This document shows positions 9,743-20,245 of a DNA stretch of 64,000 nt, in pieces. The notes beneath the pieces are model-generated. The model was not told the DNA's origin and ran no database searches. It was given only the letters and a program-made list of their open reading frames with translations. The DNA comes from Verrucomicrobiales bacterium (GTDB taxonomy: Bacteria > Verrucomicrobiota > Verrucomicrobiia > Verrucomicrobiales > V1-33): positions 1-64,000 of the forward strand of contig JANOAV010000035.1 of NCBI GenBank assembly GCA_031411295.1. Reading direction: 5' to 3'. The position numbers and the translations under genes were made by a program. The first letter of the stretch is position 1. Each line of letters opens with the position of its first letter.

Positions 9743-10852
9743 TTATGGGGTCCCTAGAAATTTGCTAGTAGCACTGACCGCCCCAGTCCCATTGACGGTG
9801 CAACTGGTGGCAATGGTGGCGATGATGGCATTGCCTCCATCGCGTTTTCCACGGCAGGAAGTAGCAGTGGTGGCGGAAAGGCCAGCATTCCCACTGGTGC
9901 TAGTGCCGTAGCAGTTGGAGGCATTGACGGTGGACAAGCCCGTGGCGGAAGTGCTGGTTCCAGAGCACCCGATGGCGCTTTCATTGGCTTGGAGCCCAAT
10001 GCCCGAGGTGCTGGTGCCGGAGCTTCCAGAGGCACTTCCAGTGGCTTGGAGGCCGATCCCGGTGGAGCTTTCTCCGATACAATTTTCCGCAATTTTGGTG
10101 CTGATTCCGACCCCACCCACAGAAACCCCACGGCAGTTCGTGGCGATGCGAGTAACGACGATGCCACTGCTGTTGGTGGGGGTAGAATTCACAACCTCTG
10201 CCGAGCAGTTGACCGCAATCTCACCAGCAATCCCGGTGTTGCCGGCTTTTTCCACGCTGCAATCCCGCACCATAGCCGCAGAGATGCCCTGGGCTCCGCA
10301 AATACTAACCACGCATTTATCCACTACCAGCGAGGCCGTCGTAGCGTCAGCCACGGCAATACCCCGGCCGCCCACGCGGGCGATGGCAAGATCGTGGATC
10401 CGCACGTTGATGGTAGCGGCATCCGCCACGACCACCCCATCCGCGAATCCAGCCTTGGTGAACGCGCTGCCGCTCAGGGTCGTGGCCCCCTGAATGTGCC
10501 CGTTGTAAACTTGCACATTGGTGCGAGCTCCGTTAATCGCCACCGCAATGCCTCCGAATGGTGAGGCGGTTGAGGAGATGGTAAATCCTCTGAGATCCAG
10601 TGAAACGCCATCAGCTGCAATGGTAATGGCTCCCCCGGAGGCGACGGTAAGATTTCCCGTGAGGTAGTAACTTCCAGAATTGGTGATATTAAACGGGACA
10701 CTGGAAATGGGGATGCGGGTCTCAAGTTTGGCATCGATCTGGTCCAGCGTCTTCATGCTGGGGGCGGGCCCGCCTGGAGGTGTGAGTGCCCCCTGGCCAA
10801 AAAGCGGTCCGAGGGGCAGCGAGCAAAGGAATGCAACAAGGGATAATTTCAT
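9743..10852 (-). CDS. Secreted beta-helix-repeat protein
   Basis: Signal peptide, LTPPGGPAPSMKTLDQI leader, GSYYLTGNL, C-terminal Cys/Gly/Ser repeats. Confidence 0.8.
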   Translation of the reverse strand: MKLSLVAFLCSLPLGPLFGQGALTPPGGPAPSMKTLDQIDAKLETRIPISSVPFNITNSGSYYLTGNLTVASGGAITIAADGVSLDLRGFTISSTASPFGGIAVAINGARTNVQVYNGHIQGATTLSGSAFTKAGFADGVVVADAATINVRIHDLAIARVGGRGIAVADATTASLVVDKCVVSICGAQGISAAMVRDCSVEKAGNTGIAGEIAVNCSAEVVNSTPTNSSGIVVTRIATNCRGVSVGGVGISTKIAENCIGESSTGIGLQATGSASGSSGTSTSGIGLQANESAIGCSGTSTSATGLSTVNASNCYGTSTSGNAGLSATTATSCRGKRDGGNAIIATIATSCTVNGTGAVSATSKFLGTP

Positions 10853-10957
10853 GGCGGAATTTTCAGGGGGCTGACGAGGTTAGCGAGACTGCATTTATCC
10901 TTGCAACAGCCTCCTCGTCAATGACCAGAAATTAATGGCGGCCACAGCGCTCTTATC

Positions 10958-12544
10958 CTAACGAGGTGGCGTCAGTCGATAGAATTCACGGGAGCCACCA
11001 CCGGCCATGTCATCGAAATACTCCGCAATTGAACTGCCGGCCGTCACGACATCAATGGCCTGCCAGCTTCCACTTTGCAGGCTCGGGCTGCGCTCCACGA
11101 TATAGGATTGCCCGGCCGTGCTGTCCCACGTGAAATGAAAATGGTGGGGGGACGTAGTTATGACCTGACGCAGGGCTGGGGGGGGTGGGAGGACGTGATA
11201 TTTTATTTTGCGGACCAAGCCACTGTCATTACTAACTACTAGCAGGCTGCCGTCTGGAGCCACCGTAATTTGCCGCGGCTGACTATGACATTCAATCCCC
11301 GTTACCGGAAGGGCGAGCGGCGTGGGACCAACGTAGGTGACATCATTCTTGCCCCGTCCCAGCAGGAACAAATGAATTTTGGCGGTCGTATAATTGGCAT
11401 CGCTATCCACATACCAGACTTTCCCGCCCCGATGCGTGCAGAGGAAATAACCACCGTTCGACGTGAAGGCGATGCCCCGCACTTGATTCAGCGTGGCGTC
11501 CTTCGCCAGCAACGTGCCTGTATCCGTGCTGTCCGGGGTTGAAGTGGCGGCGGCCCCGATCCCCGCCACCCGGGTCTTCGTGCTAGTCAGGGTTAGCGGA
11601 TTGGTGGAATCCGTGTCAATGCGCCACACGCAGGAGTTTGCAGGAACGTCTTCCGCACGATCCGTCACATACAGTTTATGCGTGATGGGATTCACGTCGA
11701 TATTGCCGGGATTAGTAAATTCCAAGAGCGCCCTGGTCGGAGCGGTCGGGTAGCGGGTGACGGCCTGAATCCCGCTCGTGGGAGTCCATTTCTTGACTAC
11801 GCCGCCTAACGGCGGGCGATTCACAGACACCCCGATGGGCACTGGCTGACTCAGATCCGCCACTTCCTGCGTGTAATAAATCAAGTCTTCACTGGGACTA
11901 ACCCACAGGCCGCGCCCCGAAGGCAACCACAAGGGATCTAGATCATTCACGACGGTCGTCATGGTGCCATCCAAGGCCACTTTGCGGATACGATGATTCC
12001 CTGCGTCGTAAATATAGACTACTCCGTTCGGTAAAACGCAAAGTCCATTGCAGCCGATCAAATTAATGCTGGTGGCGGGTCCGGGCACATCCGTCGTGAT
12101 CACATTGTCCGGGGGATAATACGGTCCAGGTTGATGATAGGGCAGCGTTTCGGTGTAAGCGGGACTGGTGTAAATAGCGGGATAGTTGGTGCCGGCAAAC
12201 CGCCGAATCCGGCCATCTGGAGTCACCTTGAGGATGCAGTTGCTAGCCTTGTCACCAATGAAGACATTGCCATAAGCATCCGCCATCGCGATGTGCGGAT
12301 TGGATAAATTCACCGCAGTGGCCAGGGGAAATGCAGCCGTGGGATTGGCCACCGGATCCAGCGCCAGGTCATATGACGCCTGCCACTCGCTCGTCTCTGG
12401 CACCGTCGAGGTAGTCACCACTCCATTGCCAGCTAAATATCCCACGGTAGGATCAAAGCCTGCGGTGAGCGTTTGGAATTCGGTCAGGGCGCTGGCGAAA
12501 CCCGGGATAGCGGCCAGCAAGGGGATCAAAGAGGATAGTTTCAT
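10958..12544 (-). CDS. Secreted NHL-repeat (beta-propeller) protein
   Basis: Signal peptide MKLSSLIPLL, repeated NP..IA.D..GN.FI.D / YD.GNHRIRK motifs. Confidence 0.8.
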   Translation of the reverse strand: MKLSSLIPLLAAIPGFASALTEFQTLTAGFDPTVGYLAGNGVVTTSTVPETSEWQASYDLALDPVANPTAAFPLATAVNLSNPHIAMADAYGNVFIGDKASNCILKVTPDGRIRRFAGTNYPAIYTSPAYTETLPYHQPGPYYPPDNVITTDVPGPATSINLIGCNGLCVLPNGVVYIYDAGNHRIRKVALDGTMTTVVNDLDPLWLPSGRGLWVSPSEDLIYYTQEVADLSQPVPIGVSVNRPPLGGVVKKWTPTSGIQAVTRYPTAPTRALLEFTNPGNIDVNPITHKLYVTDRAEDVPANSCVWRIDTDSTNPLTLTSTKTRVAGIGAAATSTPDSTDTGTLLAKDATLNQVRGIAFTSNGGYFLCTHRGGKVWYVDSDANYTTAKIHLFLLGRGKNDVTYVGPTPLALPVTGIECHSQPRQITVAPDGSLLVVSNDSGLVRKIKYHVLPPPPALRQVITTSPHHFHFTWDSTAGQSYIVERSPSLQSGSWQAIDVVTAGSSIAEYFDDMAGGGSREFYRLTPPR

Positions 12545-12733
12545 GGGGGGGGATAGGCGGAGGGACCGATCCGCTACCACAATCTGTATCAATTTTGTCA
12601 CGGAGGGGCAATGGTTCATTCAAAGCTTGACCCCGCATGAGCAACTATTCACACAGCTGTCATTTGGCAGAAGCTCCCCGTGCGGCAGTCCGCCCCGCTT
12701 GCAATCATTCCACTCACCGCTTATAAGGCGGTC

Positions 12734-13312
12734 ATGGGCATCCCTCCTTGCCAGCCAATTGTTTCCGTTCAGGACTATTTAGAGGGTGAACTCGTCAGCG
12801 AGATTCGCCACGAATACGTTGACGGGCAGGTTTTTGCCATGGCGGGAGGCTCGGTCCGACATAACACCATTTGCGGAAACTTCTTTGCAGAACTGCGGGC
12901 GCACCTAAAAGGAAAGCCCTGCAAAGTTTTCATCGCAGATGTCAAAGCCCGGATTCTGGCCTTCCAACAGGAGACGTTCTATTACCCGGATGTGATGGTG
13001 GGTTGCGACGAACGGGATACGCATGAGCAATACCGGCGGTTTCCCAAGTTGATCATAGAAGTGCTCTCAGAGTCCACCGAACGCTTGGATCGGCGGGAGA
13101 AATTCGAACGCTACATCACGATCCCAACCCTCGAAGAATACGTCCTCGTGGAACAGCAGCGGCCTTGGGTAACCATTCATCGACGGAGATGCGAATGGAA
13201 GGGCGAAACGGTCGAGGGGCTGACCACAGTGCTCGAATTGGAGTCGGTGGGTCTTTCACTTCCCCTGGCGGCTTTCTATGAAAATGTCAGTCCGTCAGTG
13301 GGCGAGAGTTAA
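12734..13312 (+). CDS. Uma2/DUF820-family putative endonuclease
   Basis: RHEYVDGQVFAMAGGS, YYPDVMV, IIEVLSEST, EEYVLVEQ. Confidence 0.95.
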   Translation: MGIPPCQPIVSVQDYLEGELVSEIRHEYVDGQVFAMAGGSVRHNTICGNFFAELRAHLKGKPCKVFIADVKARILAFQQETFYYPDVMVGCDERDTHEQYRRFPKLIIEVLSESTERLDRREKFERYITIPTLEEYVLVEQQRPWVTIHRRRCEWKGETVEGLTTVLELESVGLSLPLAAFYENVSPSVGES

Positions 13313-13365
13313 TCCACGAGGTGTGGGTTTTGCTTCCAGCTAACCTGCCGCCACCGCTCCTTTCC

Positions 13366-15237
13366 TCAGCGTTTCCCAAATTTACGAGCGAGTTCCTGTC
13401 GGGAGATCTGCACCAGCGTGGGCTTTCCGGCCGGGCAACAGTAGGGCATCTCACAAGCTAGCAAGCGCTGCAGCAACCCCTCCATTTCCTCTGCGGTTCC
13501 AGACGGACGCAGACGCGCGGCTTGACGGGAGATGCTGGCTGCGATTGCCTCCACATCCAGCCGCCGCAGGGCCGCGCGCTCCCCGGCCTGCTTCAGATCG
13601 TGCAGTAAATCCGTGACGATCACCTCTGGATCGGCCGTATTTCCAAACGCGGCCGGCAGCGCATCCACCTTGAACGTGTGATGGCCGAACTCCTCAATGC
13701 CTACGCCCAGCTTGCGCAGCACGTCCAGTTGACCATGCACGAAGTCACTTTCCTTGGGGCTCAAATGCAGCGTATACGGAACCAGTAGCCCCTGCGAAAC
13801 GGTGGTCTCGCTAACCGCACGGGCACTGGCTTCTTCGAACAATACCCGCTCCCAGGCGGCTCGGAAGTCCATCAGCACCAAGCCTTCTTCGCTTTCCATG
13901 AGCAAATACTCATCTGCCAGGAGCCCAATCTGCCGATACGAATGCTGCGGCTCTTTAGGCTGCTCATCCGGTTGCCTAACAGGCGGCAGCGCGGGCGCAG
14001 GAATCGTGTCAGGACTGAGCGCAGGACTTGGGGTAACGCGCGCCACCGGAGCCCCAGGGGTTGGCGTGGGCGTAGACGGCAACTCCGACCAATCATGCCG
14101 CAGGGAGACTTGCTCCGCCCGCGGAATGAGATCCGGCTGATGCGCTGGAGCCACCCACTTTGGTTGGGGCTGCGGGCGCGGGAGGTCCTCGCTGGAGTCA
14201 GTGAAATTTATCGGCACCGGCGGTTGATAGGTTTCCACCGGCCGACGTCCCCGCCGAATCACCTCGCTCAGGATAGCGGTTAGGTTGGCTTGCAGCCCAA
14301 TCCCATCGCGGAAGCGCACTTCCTTTTTGGCTGGATGCACATTCACATCCACCTCGCGCGGATCCATATCCACGAAAAGAAACGTCACGGGATGCTGCCC
14401 TCTTGGCAAGGATTCGCCATACGCCGCCCGCAGCGCCTGCGTGAAGATGCCACTTTCTACTGGCCGACCATTGAGGAAAACCAGATACAGCGACCGATTC
14501 GACCGCGCCACCCCGGCCTCTCCCAGATAGCCGTGGACCGTAATTCCCCCCCGGGACTGCTCCGGCACTTCCAGCAAACGCTCCGCCAAGTCCGCCCCGG
14601 CCAGTCCGCGGATTCGCTCCAATAAACTTCCGCCGCCAGGCAATTGGAACACCAGCCGATCATCATGCGTCAGCGTAAAACTAACCGCCGGATGCGCCAG
14701 CGCCTGCACCCTGAGATGTTGTTCAATATGGCTGAACTCCGTGGACTCGGTGCGCAGGAATTTCCGCCGGGCGGGGATATTGAAGAATAAGTTCCGCACT
14801 TCAATCGTCGTGCCGGGAGCACCACCGCACTCCTCGATGGTCACCACCCTGCCCCCTTCTACTTGAATCCGCGTTCCGGAAATGGAGTCCGCTTCCCGTG
14901 TGCTCAGGGTAAATTTACTAACACTGGCAATACTGGGCATCGCCTCGCCACGAAAACCCAGCGTGCGGATGGCGCCCAAGTCCGCACTGGTCCGTAACTT
15001 GCTGGTGGCATGGCGTTCCAAACACCGCTCCGCATCCTCCCGATCCATCCCATGCCCATCATCCGTCACCCGAATCAAGGTTACCCCACCCCGCTGAATC
15101 ACGACATCAATCCTCCCGGCCCCGGCGTCCAGACAATTTTCCACCAGTTCCTTCACCACCGACGCGGGCCGCTCCACTACCTCACCAGCAGCGACTTGGC
15201 TCGCAAGAATTTCAGACATTACTTGAATTCGCGCCAT
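13366..15237 (-). CDS. mutL: DNA mismatch repair protein MutL
   Basis: AAGEVVERPASVVKELVEN, HATSK, GFRGEA, DVNVHPAK; C-terminal MutL_C domain. Confidence 0.97.
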   Translation of the reverse strand: MARIQVMSEILASQVAAGEVVERPASVVKELVENCLDAGAGRIDVVIQRGGVTLIRVTDDGHGMDREDAERCLERHATSKLRTSADLGAIRTLGFRGEAMPSIASVSKFTLSTREADSISGTRIQVEGGRVVTIEECGGAPGTTIEVRNLFFNIPARRKFLRTESTEFSHIEQHLRVQALAHPAVSFTLTHDDRLVFQLPGGGSLLERIRGLAGADLAERLLEVPEQSRGGITVHGYLGEAGVARSNRSLYLVFLNGRPVESGIFTQALRAAYGESLPRGQHPVTFLFVDMDPREVDVNVHPAKKEVRFRDGIGLQANLTAILSEVIRRGRRPVETYQPPVPINFTDSSEDLPRPQPQPKWVAPAHQPDLIPRAEQVSLRHDWSELPSTPTPTPGAPVARVTPSPALSPDTIPAPALPPVRQPDEQPKEPQHSYRQIGLLADEYLLMESEEGLVLMDFRAAWERVLFEEASARAVSETTVSQGLLVPYTLHLSPKESDFVHGQLDVLRKLGVGIEEFGHHTFKVDALPAAFGNTADPEVIVTDLLHDLKQAGERAALRRLDVEAIAASISRQAARLRPSGTAEEMEGLLQRLLACEMPYCCPAGKPTLVQISRQELARKFGKR

Positions 15238-15386
15238 TTCCTTGCAAGATGGGTGCATGAATTCCCGTAAACAACAGACAATTTACATGGATTTTTCCGA
15301 TTTTATTCTGTAAATTATCGTTATTGCAATTCTTTTCTGGAAATTCAGTCAGATTAGGCTTGCCTAGAACCCCTCCACCCCATGCC

Positions 15387-15764
15387 ATGATTCAAGTCAC
15401 CCCCACCGCTGCTCGTCACCTCCAAGCCCTCCTGGCCGAAAAAGGAGCGCTGGCGGCTGAGCAGGGATTGCGCCTCCTCGTGGAGCGCGGCGGATGCGCA
15501 GGCATGCAGTATCAGATGAAAATCGACTTTCCTGCCCCCGGGGATGAAATCGTTACCCTCGACGGCGTGATGTTCATTGTGGCCGCCGATAGTCAGAATT
15601 TCCTCGATGGGTGCCAAATTGACTATGAAGACAGTCTGGCGGACAGCGGTTTCCGCATCCATAATCCCAACGCGGTCCGCAGTTGCGGCTGTGGCACCTC
15701 TTTTGAGGCTGCCCCAGCACTCGCAGCGGCCCATCCCCCAGGCGAACCAGTTCCTTGTTCCTAA
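15387..15764 (+). CDS. HesB/IscA/ErpA-family Fe-S cluster carrier
   Basis: GGCAGMQY and NPNAVRSCGCGTSF. Confidence 0.95.
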   Translation: MIQVTPTAARHLQALLAEKGALAAEQGLRLLVERGGCAGMQYQMKIDFPAPGDEIVTLDGVMFIVAADSQNFLDGCQIDYEDSLADSGFRIHNPNAVRSCGCGTSFEAAPALAAAHPPGEPVPCS

Positions 15765-15820
15765 TAACCTTCACGACCTTTCCCTTCACTCCCTAATCTC
15801 CGCATTCCGCGATCCCCCCC

Positions 15821-16702
15821 ATGGCCCTCAACGTCGAATTTCTCAACGCCGGACGCAGCTCCTATTCTTCCCGGGGAGCCACTGCCAAGCCTGCAGATAC
15901 TGGCCTTTTTTGGTGGACCATCATCATCACGCTGCTCTTAGGTGCCGCCATCGCCTCCTGGTTCTTCAGCATTTACGTTTTCAATTACCCAGAAGTTCCC
16001 TTTAACTACAAGCTCCTGAATCGCCTGCACAAGATTGAGCCGCTGAAGAAATTCGAGCGCAACGACGTGCCCAATGGGGTGGTCTATGGGGCCAAGGCGG
16101 CCTTTCAGAAATTCGATGTGCTGACCGACAAACAATTGGAGGAAAAGAGCGGTCTGCTCCGCCGCAGTTACTTGACCAATTACCGTGCCATTGAGGACAA
16201 GCCCATTTATATCAAGGGCGATTACAAGATTTACCAAGTCCGCCCCCTGACCACGGAAGACGTATTTCCCAGCGGTATCGTGGTGCGCGCCCAAGCGATT
16301 GAGCCAGTTGAAGGTGCTCCCATGGAATACCCCAACACGATTGTTGAATTCGTCTTCCCCACCAACGGGCCCGCTTTGGCCGCCTTCAATGTCGGGGATG
16401 TCTTGACCATCGATCAACGTTCCATTTACGCCAAGGAGGGCAGCGATAAAAAGGCCGACGCCCGCAAGTTCTTTGCCAGCGTCATTAACATGGAGCGCCT
16501 GCCACAGCACAAGCTATTGCTCACGCTGGTGCCTCTGCTCTATGGTAATTGCGAGATCAATGGCGATCCGGATTCCAAACTAACGATGGATCCTCCGGCT
16601 AAACTCAACTTGGAGGGGAAATGGCCGATCACGGAAGAGGCCACTGGGTCCATGGGCACCCCACCCACCAGTGTGGCCAACGCCGTGCCGGGTGAGCAAT
16701 AA
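15821..16702 (+). CDS. Hypothetical membrane-anchored protein
   Basis: 293-aa ORF with one N-terminal TM and host-like codon usage. Confidence 0.8.
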   Translation: MALNVEFLNAGRSSYSSRGATAKPADTGLFWWTIIITLLLGAAIASWFFSIYVFNYPEVPFNYKLLNRLHKIEPLKKFERNDVPNGVVYGAKAAFQKFDVLTDKQLEEKSGLLRRSYLTNYRAIEDKPIYIKGDYKIYQVRPLTTEDVFPSGIVVRAQAIEPVEGAPMEYPNTIVEFVFPTNGPALAAFNVGDVLTIDQRSIYAKEGSDKKADARKFFASVINMERLPQHKLLLTLVPLLYGNCEINGDPDSKLTMDPPAKLNLEGKWPITEEATGSMGTPPTSVANAVPGEQ

Positions 16703-16711
16703 CACTGCCAC

Positions 16712-17329
16712 ATGTTAATCCGGGAGGCTTCCTTTGCCGCCATCGATTTCGAGTCCGCAGGCGTGACCCGAGGCAGCACCGACGAGCCCGTGCAGATTGG
16801 TCTGGCGTTGTTGGAGCAACATGAACAAACCTGGCAATTGCGCCCGGAATGGTCGTTCCGCAGCTTCCTGCATTCCGATCAGAAAATCGTCTGGAGCGCG
16901 CAGAAAGTCCACGGAATCCGCACCGAAGACCTGACCGATGCCCCCCGTCTGTTGAGCCTCTGGCCCCGTCTCAACGCCACCCTGCGCCATCGCGTCGTGG
17001 TGGCGCATGGTGCCGGCACGGAGAAACGTTTCCTTCGCGCGTTTCCCATGCATGGCTTTGCACCATGGGTGGACACGTTGAAAGTCGCCCAAGCAGCCTT
17101 CCCCCATCAACCCGATTACTCACTCGAGGCGCTGAGCCAAATGCTAGGGGTTGTCGAAGCAACGCAAACGCACTGCCCCGGATCCACCTTCCACGATGCC
17201 CTCTTCGATGCCGTGGCCTCTCTGTTAGTGCTGCGGGAAATTCTGCTCCGGGCCGATTTAAGCAACGCCCCCATCCTTGATTTGCTCGCACCGGAGCGCA
17301 GCGCCTATTTTGCACAGCGCAAACGCTGA
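16712..17329 (+). CDS. DEDDh 3'-5' exonuclease (DnaQ-like)
   Basis: AIDFES, VHGI, VAH, HDALFDA. Confidence 0.9.
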   Translation: MLIREASFAAIDFESAGVTRGSTDEPVQIGLALLEQHEQTWQLRPEWSFRSFLHSDQKIVWSAQKVHGIRTEDLTDAPRLLSLWPRLNATLRHRVVVAHGAGTEKRFLRAFPMHGFAPWVDTLKVAQAAFPHQPDYSLEALSQMLGVVEATQTHCPGSTFHDALFDAVASLLVLREILLRADLSNAPILDLLAPERSAYFAQRKR

Positions 17330-17388
17330 GCTGCCGACTTTACCGCGGCCGTGAACGATAAGTGCTTCATCGTCCTGTGGCGATGGTC

Positions 17389-19788
17389 TCACTCGTAAAT
17401 AAACGTGGCCGTGATGGTGCTGTCCGTATCACTTACCAAACGCAACCAATAGGCTCCGAAGGCGGCGGGGAACTGATACTCGGTGGGTTTGCCGGGAGCG
17501 GACTCCAGGGTCGTCACCACCGTCCAGTCTCCACCGCAGGTGAAATCAGCCTCCACGCGCACCTTCGTCGCGCTGCGGCTCGTGAGGGTTAGGCGCTTCT
17601 GATCGTAGCCTGTGGCCAGATAGGCATCGCTCGGTGCATTTGCTTTCACTGCAGTGTCATACCACGGGCCGCCTTGACCACGGGGCTTTCCGAGTTCCCA
17701 GAGATCATCCACGGTGCCCGCCCAGAGCGCACATTTCTCATCGTCACTCTTGATGATATGCTCGCCCCCTGCGTCTGCGGTAATGCCACTCAGCACGAGT
17801 AGTCCACGATAACTAACATAGTCCTGAATCCGCCGATTATGCGTGGCGACGGGGCGTAGTTTCGGGAAACCACCCGCGTTTTCCGCCGGGACCTCATAGA
17901 AGGTGCCATGGGCGTTGAGCAAATTTCGCTCCGTGCAGATTTCACGCATCACGCGTTCCGCAGCGGCAGTATCAAAGGCGGCATCACCCTTAGGCAGACG
18001 CCACCGACGCTTCTTGGCATCGATATACAGCACGGAAGCCGCATCCACTATTAGTTTGGATGCCGGGATGGCCGCTTGTTTGGTCATTTCCTCGGCGGCT
18101 TTGGCATCGCTCACTTTCACGAGTTTGAGCGCGCCATCCAGATCGTAGCAACCCGCCTCGCCTGCATGGAAACGCAGCGTTTTGGCACCCGCTCCCATGG
18201 CGAGCAACGTCCCGCCACTGGCGGCAGGCGTCTTTGTAGAGGCCAAGCCATTAAATTTTGCAGATGCGGTGGGGCCACGTTCGTCGGCCTTCCGATAGTG
18301 GAAAAATGCCGTCACTTTGGGTGCGTCCTTGGCGGCGGTTAGGCGAATCCAGGTGCCCGCTTCCGTGGCCGGAAATTCCACCCACGCCGATCCCTGCGCG
18401 GGCACGGTCACGGCACGCAGGGGCTTCCATTCTCCCTTGCCAGCGGCATCCACTTCCAAATTCACCACCAATGGCTCCGTGCCTCCTTGGGTCAGGGACA
18501 GCGAGCGAAACGTAAACCCGCTGAAGAGGAAGGGATCGCTCGGTGTGTTTGCTGGCACCGACTCATTGACCCACACCGCACCGCGTCCTAACGCCGGCCC
18601 GAATTGATCCAACTGCGCAGGATTTACAAACCACAAATTCGACTGCGATTGCCCTGGTCCGGCCAGATTTCCTTTGAGCGCATCCTTGTTGAGGAACTCA
18701 CTCTTCGCGGCATCGTCACAACCTAACACTACCTGATCACCCCAGCGGGCGAAGTCACCCACGACCTTGATGTAGGTGGAGCGTGGACTGATGCCAGCGG
18801 TGTTGGCGGCGGAGAAGGTCCTGGGGAATTTCCAGAAGGAACCATGCATCGTCATCAGCAGCGAGTCTTCGCCAATCTCCCGAATCCGCGGCCACTCGGT
18901 GTTCCAACCGTGGGCACCATCGTAGCAATGGGAAGCTTTCGGCAACCGATAGGCGGTCCATTTCCCATGATCCAACAACATCAGAATCAGCGAGCGATGA
19001 TCCCAACCAATGCTCCACAGCGGATCCTCCGCGTTAGTCGTTCCGTAAATGCCACCAGGCCCGGTCACGTCGGTAAACTGATTGCGCCGCACCACCGTCC
19101 ATTTATCCGCTTTTCCATCCCATTCCGCCAAGACCCCGGAAGGCGTGGCGGGATCTGTCAGCGCCTCCTTGGCGTGGTCGCCATTGTTGGCGTAAATGTA
19201 ACGTCCCTGTCCTGACGCGAACCCTTTTCCATGATACCCCGGCAAGGCCGCGTGCCGACCGTCCTTCTGCTGCTCGTCCGCCCAGAGTTCCTTGGCCTCC
19301 AGGGTCTTCACATCTACTTCATAGATGCCCTCTTCCATCGTGGCATAGATCACCTTGCCGGCTGGATCGGTCAGGCTGCGGGCGGTGCCCGTGTGGCGGC
19401 CGAACATCTTGGTGTAGGGCATCACTCGCACCGTGCGGTCCGCGCCAATGGCATACGGCCCCATGAACAGTTGGTTGGATTCCCGATGAATCAGACGGTT
19501 GGCCGGCGTGCCCCCGATGCTTTCCGAGCGGATGATTTGCTGCTTATCCGGTGTGATCTCATACAGTTTGTCTGATGACCCCTTGGGCTGATGTGGCGCA
19601 TAAGTCAGCACCCACAAGCGATCTGCCCAAGGCACCACCGCTCCGGTGCCGCATTCGCCCTCGTTGTTGAACATGGCCAATGAGGGATAGATGCCAGAAA
19701 TCTGACGTGGAGCCTCCGACAGCAAGGGCAGGGCAGGCAAGGCAGATAGCAATAAGGAACAGGATAAGGTGATTTTCATAAAAGACAT
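17389..19788 (-). CDS. Large secreted hypothetical protein
   Basis: 799-aa ORF with signal peptide; Trp/Gly-rich, beta-rich; function not recognised. Confidence 0.8.
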   Translation of the reverse strand: MSFMKITLSCSLLLSALPALPLLSEAPRQISGIYPSLAMFNNEGECGTGAVVPWADRLWVLTYAPHQPKGSSDKLYEITPDKQQIIRSESIGGTPANRLIHRESNQLFMGPYAIGADRTVRVMPYTKMFGRHTGTARSLTDPAGKVIYATMEEGIYEVDVKTLEAKELWADEQQKDGRHAALPGYHGKGFASGQGRYIYANNGDHAKEALTDPATPSGVLAEWDGKADKWTVVRRNQFTDVTGPGGIYGTTNAEDPLWSIGWDHRSLILMLLDHGKWTAYRLPKASHCYDGAHGWNTEWPRIREIGEDSLLMTMHGSFWKFPRTFSAANTAGISPRSTYIKVVGDFARWGDQVVLGCDDAAKSEFLNKDALKGNLAGPGQSQSNLWFVNPAQLDQFGPALGRGAVWVNESVPANTPSDPFLFSGFTFRSLSLTQGGTEPLVVNLEVDAAGKGEWKPLRAVTVPAQGSAWVEFPATEAGTWIRLTAAKDAPKVTAFFHYRKADERGPTASAKFNGLASTKTPAASGGTLLAMGAGAKTLRFHAGEAGCYDLDGALKLVKVSDAKAAEEMTKQAAIPASKLIVDAASVLYIDAKKRRWRLPKGDAAFDTAAAERVMREICTERNLLNAHGTFYEVPAENAGGFPKLRPVATHNRRIQDYVSYRGLLVLSGITADAGGEHIIKSDDEKCALWAGTVDDLWELGKPRGQGGPWYDTAVKANAPSDAYLATGYDQKRLTLTSRSATKVRVEADFTCGGDWTVVTTLESAPGKPTEYQFPAAFGAYWLRLVSDTDSTITATFIYE

Positions 19789-19930
19789 CGCAACTTGTTG
19801 TCATGACTCGCTGAAAACAACACGAACCTTGGCGGGAATGTTTCATCGCGTAGCTGCGATTTTCCCGGTCCTACGGGCGGGTCTCTCCATGCTAGTGTGA
19901 CATTGTGTGGGGTAACTCAGTCCACAGCAG

Positions 19931-19961
19931 AAAAAGCCGGAGCCCACGAGGGGCTCCGGCT
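19931..19961 (-). terminator. Intrinsic terminator downstream of rpmF
   Basis: 11-bp perfect stem agccggagccc/gggctccggct with 5-nt loop, followed by a U-tract on the minus strand. Confidence 0.85.
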
Positions 19962-20001
19962 GGAATTCTTTGCGTTCGGTAAAGCGCGGGGCGGCTGGAG
20001 A

Positions 20002-20184
20002 TTAATCCAGAGCGACCTTCAGCACTTGGCGACCACGGTAGGTGCCGCAAGCAGGGCAGGCTACGTGACCGGGAACCGGGGCTCCGCAGTTGGAACAGGA
20101 TTGGAACAAGGGAGCATGCCAGCGGTTCGCTGCCACACGGCTCTTTTGTTTGCTACGGGAAACTCGTCTTTTGGGAACGGCCAT
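20002..20184 (-). CDS. rpmF: 50S ribosomal protein L32 (zinc-ribbon, C+ form)
   Basis: MAVPKRRVSRS; CxxC...CxxC. Confidence 0.97.
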   Translation of the reverse strand: MAVPKRRVSRSKQKSRVAANRWHAPLFQSCSNCGAPVPGHVACPACGTYRGRQVLKVALD

Positions 20185-20245
20185 GATCTGATGTCAGTTG
20201 GGGGTGGATATAAAGGATGTTAAAAAATTCTGCTACCGATCAGGA

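Noticed and set aside
15280..15316. aatttaca/tgtaaatt inverted repeat between mutL and the iscA-like gene
   Set aside because: Only 8 bp in AT-rich sequence with a 21-nt spacer; no regulator can be assigned
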